Below the pieces are notes generated by a model that worked only from the letters and a program-made list of their open reading frames with translations, did no database searches and was not told where the DNA came from. This document shows, one piece after another, positions 23,332-36,648 of a DNA stretch of 64,000 nt (the stretch's first letter is position 1; every line of letters starts with the position of its first letter). This stretch comes from Adineta vaga (Eukaryota > Animalia > Rotifera). Both the position numbers and the translations under genes were made by a program. Location: the NCBI GenBank assembly GCA_021613535.1, contig CP075494.1, positions 10,540,001 through 10,604,000 of the forward strand. The letters are read 5' to 3'.

Positions 23332-24331
23332 TGAAAAACAAATTATGTACAAAATCTTCATTTTAAAATTTTATTTTTGAGAAAAAAGAAAGAAAAGGTT
23401 ATAAAAATCTTATTATTATCAAATGATTCATTGAAGAGAAGAGATCTACTATTGACATAATCTAAACGATCAATAGAAGGAAGAAAAAACAAAATATTTA
23501 CTTTAATAAAGAAATAAAGAAAGACCAATAAATTGGATTTATATAATAGTCATAAAGTTTGAGAGAATGAAAACAATATAATGCTATGAAATTCTTAAGA
23601 TTTGACATAGGTATGAGATTGAAATATACATATTTTTATGACAAAATTTATCGATTAACAAGCACTTGAGTGTCTAAATATCCAATGGAAATAATTGGAA
23701 TACAAAATGATAGACAAAAATCAAAAAATGAAATGTCAATATCTTTCTTCCTTTAAATGTCTATTAACGATCGTATTTATCGTTTGCAGTAAGCTTGTTC
23801 GTGACAATCATTTATAAAAGAAAAACAACAAAACACACCTGAAAATATGAATAAATATCTACACTTTGACTATCAGTAGAGAAAAAAAGAACTCTATGTA
23901 TGTTAATAGAATCGAACAAACTATTAGTAAATCGAAAAATAAGAAATCATAACCACAATTTGCCATTTCGTCTCTTTTCTTTTTCTCGCTCTCTCCATCC
24001 TACTCAATATGGTGTTGTTTTTGACTATTTTACATGGCGTCAGTGCAAGTGGGATTTTTTTCTTCGTGATAGAGCAACAGAATTAGTTGTAAAGAAGAAA
24101 AAAAACAAGGAGGGTGAGAGAGACAGAGAAAAAATAATATACTTTGACTTGCGGTAGAAATAGTAGAGAGAGTAAGCAACAAGAATGTTGTCGATAGTTT
24201 TATTTGCCACAAAAATTTTTTTAGTCGACGGACGTATTTGAATTCTAATCGGAGAAAAATATTTTCGAATTTTTGTGTTTTTATTTTTTAGATTTTGTTC
24301 ATCAATTTCATTGTATTGAATATCTTTCGAA

Positions 24332-26249
24332 ATGTATTCACAATACGAACAACGACAAGAAAGAACTTCACATGAATATGATCGAGTCGCTGATTCATTT
24401 GATAGTACAGCATCAGGAGCAACGACAACGTACCGAACAGCAATTGCTCCACGTATCACCAATCTTTCACAACGATCACGTTCATCGGGTTTAGGTGGTA
24501 GCGGCACCGGTGGTGTTATGACACGTATATATCAAAGTATTCATTCGGGTGGTGGTTCTGGCAGTTTTGGTCCTGGTCTAGCTTCATTAGCAAACTTCCC
24601 AGGTGTACCAATGCGTGGTTCAACAAGTGGCAGTACAGCTTTAGTTGGTTTTAATGCTACGCGTCAACGTGAAAAACGTGATTTGGAACAATTGAATGAT
24701 AAATTTGCACAATATGTGGAAAAAGTACGATTTTTAGAAGCACAAAATCGCAAATTAGTATTAGAATTAGAAGCATTACGTAAACGTTCTGGACAGTAAG
24801 TAGCAAGTATAAATTCGGATAAGTTCATGCGAATTCTTTGTTTCTATTGTAGAGGTTCATCACGAATCAAAGAAATGTATGATATTGAAATTGAAGAAGC
24901 AAATCGATTGGTAGCCGCAACGAAAAAAGATGCAGCTGATGCCAATGGCAAAACTCAACAAGCTGAACAAGAGGTGAAACGACAAAAAGGACGATACAAT
25001 GAAGTTTCTGGTTTACGAGAAACAGATCGCAAAGAACTCGATGCTCTTCAACGACAAATAGCTGAAAATGAAGCAGTAAGATATTTAAAATTCAAGTCAC
25101 TGTTTATTTTTCTGTTTCATTCTAGCAAATAAATTTATTTCGTCGTCGTATTGCTGATCTTGAAGATGAAGGCCGTCGACATAAAGGTGAAGGTCAACGA
25201 TTATCTTCAGAAATTTCACGACTTCAAAATGAAATTCAAAATGAACGATTTCTTCGATCATCATGTGAAGTAGAAAAATTAGCTCTCGATGATGAATTAA
25301 CATCATTAAAACATATTCGTAAGTTATTTCATAAACTATCACTTTGAATATATTGAAATGATTCATAGATGAAGCTGATCTTGCCGAACTTCGTTCACAA
25401 GGTGTTTCGAATGATCTTGATCCATCACAATTCTTCCGTAATGAATTAGCACAAGCAATTCGTGAAATTCGTAATGATTATGAAAATGTTGTGGAAAATC
25501 AACGTAATGATATGCAAAGTCGTTATTCATTATTATATAATGAACTTATTATTCGGCAACAACGACCCGATGGAAATATTCAAAATGAACAACAACGTCG
25601 ACAAGAAGAACGTGTTCGTACGGAACTTCTACAAGTACAAAATCAATCTGGTTATACTCGTGCTAAAAATCAAGATATTAAAAATCGTATCGAAGAATTA
25701 CAACGAAAATTAAAGTCAGCACGTGAAGATGGTAGCTTAGCGCAAGCAAAACGAGAAAAAGAACTTGAAGAAGCACGTCGTCGATTAGAACAAGCTAATC
25801 ATGATTTTGGTGAAGTATCAAATTTGAAGACATCTTTAGAAAAAGAAATTGGCACATATCGAGACTTACTTGAAAGTAAGAAATTTCTAGTTTTTCATTA
25901 AATTAGACATATATATATATATACATAAATTTGTATAACAGGTCAAAATGGACTTCGTGGTTATGTTGATCGAATTGTACAAAGTGCTGAACAACAAGCA
26001 CTTGATCGACCAAGTACTACTCGTCCAAGTGTAGGAGGAACAACAACCATTACACGTACTCATGGTTATACAACTGGATCAAATTTTGGCACAGGAGGTG
26101 CTAGTGGATTTGGTGGTGTTAGTAGTCTGATTTCCCAATCAACTCGACCATCATCAGCTGGATATCAAACAATTTCAAATGGTATTCGAAGTACTATTCG
26201 TGACAGTGCTTTCAGTGATGCTCATACACGCAACAGTGGTGATTATTAA
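24332..26249 (+). CDS. Cytoplasmic intermediate filament protein (long coil 1b, no lamin-tail domain), 5 exons
   Basis: Rod start REKRDLEQLNDKFAQYVEKVRFLEAQNRKL and rod end SLEKEIGTYRDLLES. Gly/Ser-rich head and tail; no CaaX. Confidence 0.92.
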
Positions 26250-27363
26250 ATGATTGTTATAAACCATTCAATGGACGTATGAGAAAACATATAAACTTAT
26301 ATATGCAGTCAATCATGTTTTTTTTTAATTCTTATTTTTTGTGATATAACATATAAAACTTATACATTTTGGAAAAAGAAATAAAAAAAACTCTCTATGT
26401 AGTAATACAAACATGATTGCTTAACATTAAATAATGAAATGAAAATAAAACTGACGGAAAGGAAATTATTCTAACTATTACATATCACAACAATCATCTG
26501 TCATAAAAAAACATCTTCCTATCTTCTCTATTCATCAGATGCATCATTTTTGTTAATCCAATTGTTTCTCGTGTTTTCAATGTGTTACATCGAAGAAAAT
26601 GCATATGTTTATGTCTAAATCAGCTCTTCTCTCCTTAACTCATACGATTAAATCACTTCAATGTGTTGATAAAACCTAATTGTTTAATTACGTAGATTTT
26701 TCTAGTTTAACTTATCAGACTAAAAATCATCCTTTACCATTTTCATCAATGTAATCATCTGTTTTCAATCCAATTGATCAAACGACGAAAACAGATTTAA
26801 TTGAAAACAAATTTAACAAGTTCCTGTTACAAATTTCACTTAATTTGTCAAGTGGCAAAGTTAAATAAGAAACAATGAAATCGATATCCGTTGGAAAATG
26901 TAGATCAGAAGAAGAAGACGAAGAGAAAAACAACAACGATTATTTCATATAGAAAGAAAATCATGAGACATAACGATGAAATTTACATCTAAAACCGAGA
27001 AAAAAAATAGGATAGCACGTGTTGTGAGCATTCTCTATTCGTCTTTCGTCTACTTCGTTTTCTTCTCATCAGCTGTTTTCATCGTTTTCATTTTGACGAA
27101 AGTTTTCTTCGTCTTCTTAATTGATGTTCTATTCAAATTAATGATGTCTCATCAATTATTCTTCTTCCAATACGAATATTAGTTTTCATCTTCAATTCAA
27201 CCAATTGAACATTTTCTTTGAAAGAGAGAGGGGAAAGAGAGAGAGAGAGAAAGAGAGATAAATTGAATATTTGAAAACGACGAACGATCATTTTCTTCTT
27301 TCATTACGTCACTCACATATATATTCATCTTTTCTATCAGTATTCATTCATACATTGACAAAC

Positions 27364-28652
27364 ATGATGCGTATCAAACAAGATCCTGATGCATTAGATT
27401 TAACAAATCGTCCACAACATCTTCTTTCACCAACTACTGATCATGATGATGATGATGAAGAAAATTTCTCAGGTGAAGACGATCTACATGATTGTATTCG
27501 AAAAGTAAGAGAAATCTACTGTTGAAGAAAACTATTTCTATCAAATAATTGTCATCATATTTAGAAAACAACTTATGATAGTGGATTTGTCGATACAAGT
27601 GATGAGAATAACACATCAATTATGATAAAACAAGGTGGGTTGAATTATTTAATGAATGATATCAAATATCCTCCATAGGAAGAATTCATTTCGATGTCCC
27701 ATCTTGTATCTATCTCTACACCTCAAGCAAGAATATTTCCCGTCAGTAGGAGGTCATAGAGACAGATAATTGCTTCAATCAATAGGAACAATATTGTCTC
27801 TAGAATGAACACCTTTTTTTTCGTGATCATTGAAAGCCTCGAGGTGATTTTCATTTCTATCTATTTTTATTATAGAAAAAGATCATCATCATTACCATAG
27901 TACTCCACTACGTCCTCAACAAATTCATGCACATATTCGTCACCCGAGTACAAGTAGTAGTACATGTTCATCACCAACACCTCAAGAACAATCAAATGAT
28001 AAAGAATGTCGAAATACACGGTAGGAGAAAAACATTCATGTCAATTAAAAACTGTTTAATTAATCGATATATTGAATAGATTTTTGGGTAGTCGAGCTGT
28101 AGCAGTATTAAATCAGTGGTTTCAACTGAATCGTGATTATCCATATCCAGATGATGAACGAACGGACCAATTGGCTAATGAAGCAGGTAGATGAGTTTCA
28201 TTGAAAGAAAATTGATTTTTTTCATAAACTTATTTTTAATAGGTATCACACAAAAACAAGTTAAAAAATGGTTTGCTAACAAACGTGTACGTAGTCAAAT
28301 GTGTTATAAACCATTGTATCGTTCTCGCAAAGTAAAAAGTTCCAGTTCATATTCTGCTCCTTCACAACCACCACAAACAAATTTTAATTATATTATCAAT
28401 CATAACAATATTGCAACACCTTCACCAAGTTTTCCATCGATGCCACCTCCTCCTACTTCAACCAATCCCATGTTGTTCAATCCAATGGCAACTTCGATGA
28501 TGATGTTTATGATGCAACAACATTTCATGTCATCAATGATGGCTGCTGGACTTCCTCAAATACCCATCCCAACACCACCTTTGCCGACAATTGAACCTGC
28601 AACAATTCCGCGTAAACCAAATGCTGATCGAATCACTCGTTTCTGGTTGTAA
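27364..28652 (+). CDS. Divergent TALE-class homeobox protein (copy 1), 5 exons
   Basis: Spliced homeodomain RNTR|FLGSRAVAVLNQWFQLNRDYPYPDDERTDQLANEA|GITQKQVKKWFANKRVR with TALE-type PYP loop. Pro/Met-rich C-terminus. Confidence 0.88.
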
Positions 28653-30517
28653 ATCAATAATTCTGGAAGAGCATCAGGAGATTGAACACTCTCAAGACAA
28701 GCATAGGATTGATATGTTCGTGTGCAATGAAATTGCTTCTTTTTGTGTTTCTATATTGTTTTTTTTCTTTGTTATGCATTGCAACGATTTTGTGTTTCTG
28801 TGAGAGTGTATTTTTTGGCGATTTTTATCTATTAAACTACAAAAAACGTTAAATAAGTTTTTAAATATTCTTTGCTTCGATTCTGAGCGGAAGAGAATCC
28901 GAACACTCGTTATTAACTTATATTTTAAAGGAAGAATGGTATTGAAAAAAGAAATTGTATAGGATATTTGTACAAAATGGAGAAAGTGAAAAACGGTCGA
29001 TACTAATGATTCATGCGAGATAATTAATTTAACGAGTGATATTGTATGAGTTAATAATTGCGCTGTTTATTTGGTGTTAATCGAGAAAAACATTCGATTG
29101 AAAAGATAAAAGCACTATTCATATTGCACACATAGAGAGAGAGAGGATCCGCTGTTTTGTTTTCTCTGAAGAGAACTATCATTTCTCTTTGATGTCTTGG
29201 CAATGCTATCGACTAGTCTATCCACTTTGTCGTTCGATTCCAATCGATATGTCATTTCCCACTATGCTTCAATTAAGATTACCTATATTCATAAGGGAAG
29301 TCATTTCTATTTTGAAATATGGATACAAGCATAAAACAGACCGCTTCTCAGTATGAGGTCTATTGTTCGCACGTACACTATCGGTTGCTCGTCTCATAAA
29401 TGTGTAGAACAATTATCCAATAGCCAACCTTCGTTTCTCACCTGAAAAATAGATTATCTATCGATCTAATCTTCATTAGTGTGTTAGCGTGTAAAAGAGC
29501 AGACATACCGAAAATATGTTCGATTTAGATCTCTATCTTAGCAAAAGATATAAGAGAAGAAAGATATATAAATGTTATGGAAATCATTGTCAAACTTGTA
29601 GATAATTCACTTGTTTCCTGGTCAAAAACAAAGTACTATTTTACTAAAAAAACTATTTCAATTGAAGATCAAGGTAATCGAATAATTAGAGAATATTCTA
29701 ATTGATCAGTTGTTTTTAATTGCTGATATAATCGTTTAACGAACTGCTTTATCCATAGTAATCGATGACATGATATATCTCAATGAACGTTAATTGAGCA
29801 TGTTTAAAATAGCAACATATTTTCAATTAAGACGACATCCAATATTTTGAGGAGAGGTGACGATAAAAGATTTAGTATGAGACAGATATATCCATTACAA
29901 GTCAGTTGAACGTAGTCTGGCTATAAGCTAATTGATCTTGAATATCAAGAGGTTATTTATGCGAGTAATTTTTGATGAAAATAATGAAAAAAATATTACT
30001 TTATATTGAGTGAATGTGATGGTGTTGAAGTGGATGTTAGCTTTTTCGAACAAAAGACAACTTTTCAGATGTTGAGCTTTTTTTACTTTGACAAAAAACT
30101 GTTTGTGAAAATTGGTCGTTTGATAGATTTTAACCGATAGTTTTAGAGTGAATTTTTTTATTAAAAATATTCTTGTGTATATTACTTTATGAGTATGAAG
30201 TAAAGGCAAACAATATATGATGATTGATGCATTACTCATTTTCTTGATCAACGGATCTGTAGTATGAACGCTACTAGTTGTTGATGAATCATTTGTCGTT
30301 ATGAAAACATTAGATCGAGAAGCAAAACAAATCACATCGACAGTGTTTAGACTGATCATACAATTAATGTCGTAAGATTTAACATGTACAAAAGAAATGC
30401 GTTAAAAACTAGATTTTATATAAATTGTTGTTGAATGCTTATACAGTTCTGACGTTGACTTTAATATACAGAAAAAAAATGTTAAATTATTTTTAAAATA
30501 TGAGTACAGGACGAATT

Positions 30518-31141
30518 TCAAACATTCTGTAATGTTTCAACAAGTCGTACATAGCGTTGATCATCGATAGCATTTCGTTGAATTTGTCCATGTCGTTGTT
30601 GTGCACTTTTTTTATGTAATCCCATATCATATTTATATTTAAAAGCTTCATATGAATGTGGTGCATTCAAGATTTCTATCATAACAGGTTGTGTATGTAG
30701 AAATTTTTGTTTTATTTTTTCGTTTGCTATTATTGAATTATCGTCCTCTTCAATTTGAAAAAGATTTTCTCGTACAGATGAATTCTCTTTCGAAAATATA
30801 TCCGGTAAACGTACATGTTCGGTAGGATTTTTCTGTTTTGCCCATGTAGCTTTACAAGCATTTCGATAGGATTTATCAACATTAAACCATTGATAACGTT
30901 TTTTTAAATGTTCATGAGCAAATAAATGATCATTCGTTAAACGACGACGGATAAGATCATTATTTTCATGTTCAATATGTTTCAATTTACGATTTAGTTC
31001 ACGTTGATAATTCGATTCAGATTTAAGTAAAGTAGGAATATAAAAACTTGGAAGACGATTCACTGATGATGGTTTACTTTTTTTCCTAAAAAATAGTAAA
31101 ATTCATAGATGATATAAATGTCGTGTTACTTACGTATTCAT
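30518..31141 (-). CDS. Hypothetical protein, about 191 aa, 2 exons
   Basis: An 8-nt first exon (ATGAATAC|gtaagt) splices in frame to the 181-codon ORF. Helical and charged, with C-terminal AIDDQRYVRLVETL. No family recognised. Confidence 0.7.
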
Positions 31142-31832
31142 TGTCTCGATGTGCAATCAAATACTTTTTTTTACAAAATACTCCGACGATAAGAAAGAAA
31201 ATCAATAATGATTGTCGGTCAACATCATGTTTTCTAACACTTCAAACATATTGACTGTGCACCAACACAGAACAACAAAATGAAAGACTAACAAATAATT
31301 GTCATAGCTGTAAATGAAAAGAAAACATTGCACAGGTTAAAATTTATCGCATTTCCATGGCTTATGTAACTTTTGTTAAGAAACCAGTAAATATTCGACT
31401 TATTCGATGAATGAACTCAAAAGAAGTTTCGGTTTTTTCAAATAATTAATATTCAGTTTTTGTATTTCTCATTCAACTGTGCAATAAATAGAAGAAAATG
31501 ACTATGAATGATAAAACTAGTTGGATTGTTTTCCGAATTTATATATTCAGGCATTTTATGAATCATTTCTTTCTCTCTCTTTCTTTGTGTCCATTCGCTG
31601 TACAGATGACAACAAAATCATCGATGCCTGGATTAATAGAGAATGAAAAAGGAGGAAAATTATCGAACGTTAGCCTCCTTACGAAATATATTTGACAAGA
31701 AAAGAAACATCGTATCAGTAAAGTCATTCTTTATTCATATGGAGTATCATATATGATCGAAAATAGACGATCATTAGTAGAGGTCATGTGTATCATAAAT
31801 ACTAATGATTTGTATTTTCTTATGTTTTAGTA

Positions 31833-32943
31833 ATGGATACTTTTGATTTTAATTTGGAGACAAATTCATTATTAACGGATGATACAAATAGTGATACTAG
31901 TAGTCTCGATTGGACAGCATTTCAACCAACACCACCAGCAACAACAACAACAAGTCCATTCTCGACAACATGGTTTTCACCACAAGAAGATGCTGTTGCA
32001 CCAGATGATAGATTAAATGTAATGATACCACAACAAGATGATAGAAATTACTTGGAAATTGAACATTTCTTTCGGGGATTAAATCAACATCAAGATGACC
32101 AAGAACAACAACAACAGCAGCAGCAGCAACAACAACAACAACAAGAATTACTATTACAACCAAAACAAGAAATTGTAGCATCAGTTTATATACCAGATCA
32201 AGCAAGGAATGATATGCCTTATATGGAATCATCTGTAAATAGGCAAATTCTTTTAATAAGATCTGGATTTATCTTCGACAATTTTCTTTTTAGCAACGCG
32301 TGTATGTATCACCTATGATTAATGAAGGACCATCCGTTTGTTTACCACCACCACTTGTACCACGTTTATCATCATCACGTTCACAATGTTACCATAAACT
32401 ACCTGATCATGCTGTTAAAATGATGCAAGATTGGTTCGTATACATAAATGAATTTTAGAAGTGTTATTATTTTTCTCTTCTAGGTATAATGCTCATTTAG
32501 ATGATCCATATCCACGTTCACCAGATAAGAAACGTTTCATCACAGAAGGTAATATCACAGCACAGCAATGTCGTTCATGGTTTGCTAATCGTCGTCAACG
32601 ACTTAAACATGTTAAAAGAAATCAACCAAGACCCATATCCTCTCGTTCACATCGTTCAGTTTCAACTAGGTACATAAAAAAGAAGAAGCGTCATTCAAAT
32701 TCTCCATTCATTTATTCATTTCCTCATTTTAGAATCTCTGAATCATGTCCAACAGAAGAACAACAAGCTAAATTCTACGAACCGTGTTACTATTGTCAAC
32801 AATCTTCTCCAACATCGACTTGTTTATCATTACCAATTTCACCAAATGCGACTACAACATTAAATGTTGTGATTAATCAACAAACAGTCGAACAACTTAT
32901 TCATAATAGTCTTCGAAAATTATTTAATCCGACGATAATTTGA
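31833..32943 (+). CDS. Divergent TALE-class homeobox protein (copy 2) with polyQ tract, multi-exon
   Basis: Homeodomain YHKLPDHAVKMMQDW|YNAHLDDPYPRSPDKKRFITEGNITAQQCRSWFANRRQR. Acidic and polyQ N-terminus. Start codon may be further upstream. Confidence 0.85.
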
Positions 32944-33427
32944 TCGTACATATTGTTTTTGTTTGTTTCATGTTTTTGTGCAGCTAAACAACCTTTGACC
33001 GTGCTTGTTTTTCTTCTCTTCTATTTATATGTCGTCTGATGTTTAGTTTGATTTTTATATTATTTCTTTTCCTTTTTTTTCCTCTCTCGCCGTATGTTTA
33101 TAAACGCCTGGTTCGTTATTTAATCCAGATAAATACTTTCTAAGCTTAATGTTCAGTTACTATTCAATAATTTTTAGTCAGAAATGTGATTGAGATTATT
33201 GCATAGGTCATCTGTACAATACATCCATCAAATTCAAGTTTAAATGAACAGATTGAAGTGGTTTATTATATCGAGTTTTTGTTCTATAAACATTGGACGC
33301 TTAATTAATGGTTATCTTTTTCATAAATGGAAACATATACAAAGATAACAAGAAAATAAAAAATAGAAGAAAGCTGTCGTGATTTTGTTGAGAAGGCGGA
33401 GATTTACGCGTATAGTTATTTAACATT

Positions 33428-36400
33428 TCATTTTTTTCCGGATAAGTCTACACTTGGTCTTCTACCAGTTGTATCGATACTCGGTCGTCTACCAGTTGTA
33501 TCGATACTCGGTCTTCTACCAGTTGTATCGATACTCGGTCTTCTACCAGTTGCATCGATACTCGGTCGTCTACCAGTTGCATCGATACTTGGTTTTCGTC
33601 CTGATACGTCGATACTGCCTCGTCTTTTTGATCCATCCGTACTTGGTCTTCTACTGGGTGAGTCTGGAAGTTTAAGTGTGTTATTTCCATTTGATAATTT
33701 TGATTTTCCTGTTCGATTATCCGAATTAGATGGTTTTTTTACATGAACAATACGAAAACTTTCTAAAATATGTCCATCAAAATAAATCTCTTCATTTTAT
33801 TTCCATCTCACCGAGAAATTCATTAATATCAATCTTTCCATTTTTATCAAAATCCATCGCTGCACAAAGTTCATCAACATATGCTTGATTCACTTCACCA
33901 TTTCCATTTTCACCATAAATTAAAAGTTTAATCACATCCGCAAATTCATTACGACTAATAAAACCTAATGATACAGAAAACAGAAAAAAAGATTCTTTTC
34001 AACAAAATAAATTTCATAAAAATAATATTCCTACCAGAATGATTATAATCAATCAAGTTAAATAATACCAATAACATATCTTTCCACATATATAAATCTT
34101 CCATTATACCTGTATGCGACTAGAATATGAACAATAGAAAAAGTTAAAATTCATTATCAATCAATAGATCGTTCGTCAATACCATTTGAAATTTGGAATT
34201 ATCCATTGTATACTCATCGAATATCGTTTTGTATATAATACCTTGTGAATCTTCATGAACAAGTTTAGAACGTAAAGTAAGCCATGGTAGATCAAGTTGA
34301 AGTACTCTAGTCATGATATCCGACCAAACAGTTAATGGTAAACGATCTATTTGAAAAAAGAAATAAAGCAAAAGATAAAATTTGTCTTTTCATGATTTTC
34401 ACAAAACGAATAAAACTACCTGTTTTATTTTCATCAGCTTTTTCAAATTCTTTTCGAAGTAAATTTTTATTGATCAATATCTTTTCTACTAATGAATGAT
34501 ATGCTGGATCTTCGAATAGAGTTACTCTATAGAAAACAAAAATATCTCAAAATAGAAAACACAAAAAACATTTATTTACTTCTTATTAAAACTCATTTTA
34601 TTCATTTCCACTGGTAGAGTTTTGAATGATATAACACAAGGCTCTTCATCGTTATAATCCCTGGAAAAAAAAGAAAATTTCATGAAGGAATCGAACGCAA
34701 GATTTCTGTTACAAACCATCGAATAATTGCACCCCAATTGGACCCACCACAATAATTTGACGCACTAAAAACGGTTAATACTTTTCCATCATGTGTAAAT
34801 TCATATCCTTCTTGTTTAACTTGATGTGAACGAATAATCATGGAAAGATTGTATTTTTTGAGAAAATGTTCGGTTATATCCGAACCGAAAAAACATGCCA
34901 TTCTTCTTGCATCATTTTTTCGACATCCCAATCGACCATGAGGATCGGGATCACTCCAAAATAAATCTTAAATATCATTTCAATGTAACAACGAACTCAA
35001 TTTTCATTTTTTCTTACCTTGAATTTGCCGATATTCATTTTCTTCATCTTCGGTTAAACGTTTTCCACCACTTTTCGATTCTGGTGGTACTTCAATTGAA
35101 ATATCTAAAAATCTTCATATATTACATAAATGAATTCTCTTCCATGAATACATACATCGATTTCTTGTAACAGAATTAATTTTCTTCAAATTAATTCGAT
35201 CCGATATTCCTCCATGTATAACAATTAATTTACATTTTCCTGCATCAATGTATGAATACAATGGTAACCAACTGAATATATCTTTGAATAGATCAAGTAA
35301 TGATGATTTACGTTTCTAAATAGATAAAACAAAAGTTCAACGAGGTGATTTTCGTATTGTAAAAAAAAAATTACGCCATATTTTTGATTAACTTCATTTT
35401 GAAAACCGTATCGAACTGTGACCATAATGTCTTCATGATTACCTATTTGTTTTTATGTACTTGCGAAAAAATCACTTAATTAACAACGGAATAAAGTTAC
35501 CTCGATTGAGAAATAATGAACTTGGACAAAGAATCAATCCAACAAGAAGTAAAAGAATAACTTCAACGGAATTATTTCCACGATCAACAAAATCTCCATT
35601 GAATACATAAGCATTATCCGTTGCCGGTAATCCATTCTAGATAAAAAAAAACAGAAAGGAATTAATATAGAAAAGAAAATGTCCCTAGGGAACATTTACT
35701 GAATTGAAAATATGTAATAAATCAGCTAATTGTCCATGAAGATCACCAATAATGTATACGTGTTTAAGATTTGATAGATCGATATGATTAAAATTCGGTA
35801 ATGTTTTCAGAATCGCACGTGCTTGATGAAGAATTAGACACACATATTTTTCGTGTAAAACCTAAAGATTTTCTTTCAATATAAAAAGATATTTTCTTAA
35901 TTCGAATTACTTGTCCACGTCGAAAGGCTTCAATTAAATCTACGAATGTCTGTCTTGTAATTTGACCATCGATACCTAGTGAACAAATAATCTCTTACAT
36001 TGATTCTTTGAAATAAAAAAACACAAAATAATTTACGTGGTCCTTGATAACTACTTTCGACTTGGATACTATCCGGATTGGTTAATCGGAGAAGTTCTTG
36101 TTCTTCTACATTTGAAAATGAAATCAAATATGTTTATATTTATTGTTGATTTTGTTATTTGAAAAAAGACTCTATTACCTACAGGTAATCCTGCTTTTTG
36201 AAGTAATTTCGTTACCGATGGTGAAAGTATATCTGATGCTTTGAGTAATTTTTCAAACATATCTTTTAATTTTGCTTCTGTTTGTTCACTAGAATATTCA
36301 AGTTTTTCATGAATTTGCCATGCTGCTTGCTTTTTTAATTTCAATCGAGCTTGATGACTTCGAAATGCAGCTTGAATTTTAGATGCTGATTTTTCTACTA

Positions 36401-36648
36401 GAATAAAAGATTTTTCATTCTTTCTTTCTTTTAATAAAATATTCATCAGTTATCTACCCGGTATTGTTGTTGATAATTTCGAAACCATTTTTAATTGATC
36501 TGCTCGATCAGACATTAGAACTATACGAGGAACTATCTAAATAAAATGATAAAGAACATATGATTCGAATTCTTTGCATTGTTATTATTAGTAGTAAAGA
36601 ACTCATCGGGAAATCTTTCCTTACCTGAGCAAGTGACGAATGGCTCAT
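33428..36648 (-). CDS. PPEF: Serine/threonine phosphatase with EF-hands (PPEF/rdgC), many exons
   Basis: IQ motif [16 protein letters not shown] + [15 protein letters not shown]; PPP motifs [37 protein letters not shown]; EF-hands [13 protein letters not shown] and [20 protein letters not shown]. Start exon is less certain. Confidence 0.93.
33452..33667 (-). repeat. Coding 27-bp tandem repeat (5 near-identical + 3 diverged units) in the PPEF last exon
   Basis: Unit ACTCGGTC(T/G)TCTACCAGTTG(T/C)ATCGAT on +. In the spliced PPEF frame it encodes ([10 protein letters not shown])n. Confidence 0.95.

Noticed and set aside
22688-24507. Antisense ORFs 22688..23056 and 24040..24507 (and similar ones such as 31897..32232 and 59925..60525)
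   Set aside because: Shadows of real genes on the opposite strand or alternative frames, with no independent coding signal.
27757-27803. Intronic hairpin (AGAGACAGATAATTG...CAATATTGTCTCT) as a pre-miRNA
   Set aside because: Stem too short and interrupted for a canonical pre-miRNA; expected by chance in AT-rich DNA.
29928-30359. 143-aa minus-strand ORF
   Set aside because: Composition of translated AT-rich non-coding DNA (F/I/K-rich), no motif and no splice partners.
33452-33667. 27-bp repeats as a CRISPR array, or as the ORF-track peptides (QLVEDRVSI)n / (VFYQLYRYS)n
   Set aside because: Units are contiguous with no spacers, in a eukaryotic exon. The splice phase from the EF-hand exon fixes the third frame (TGRRPSID).
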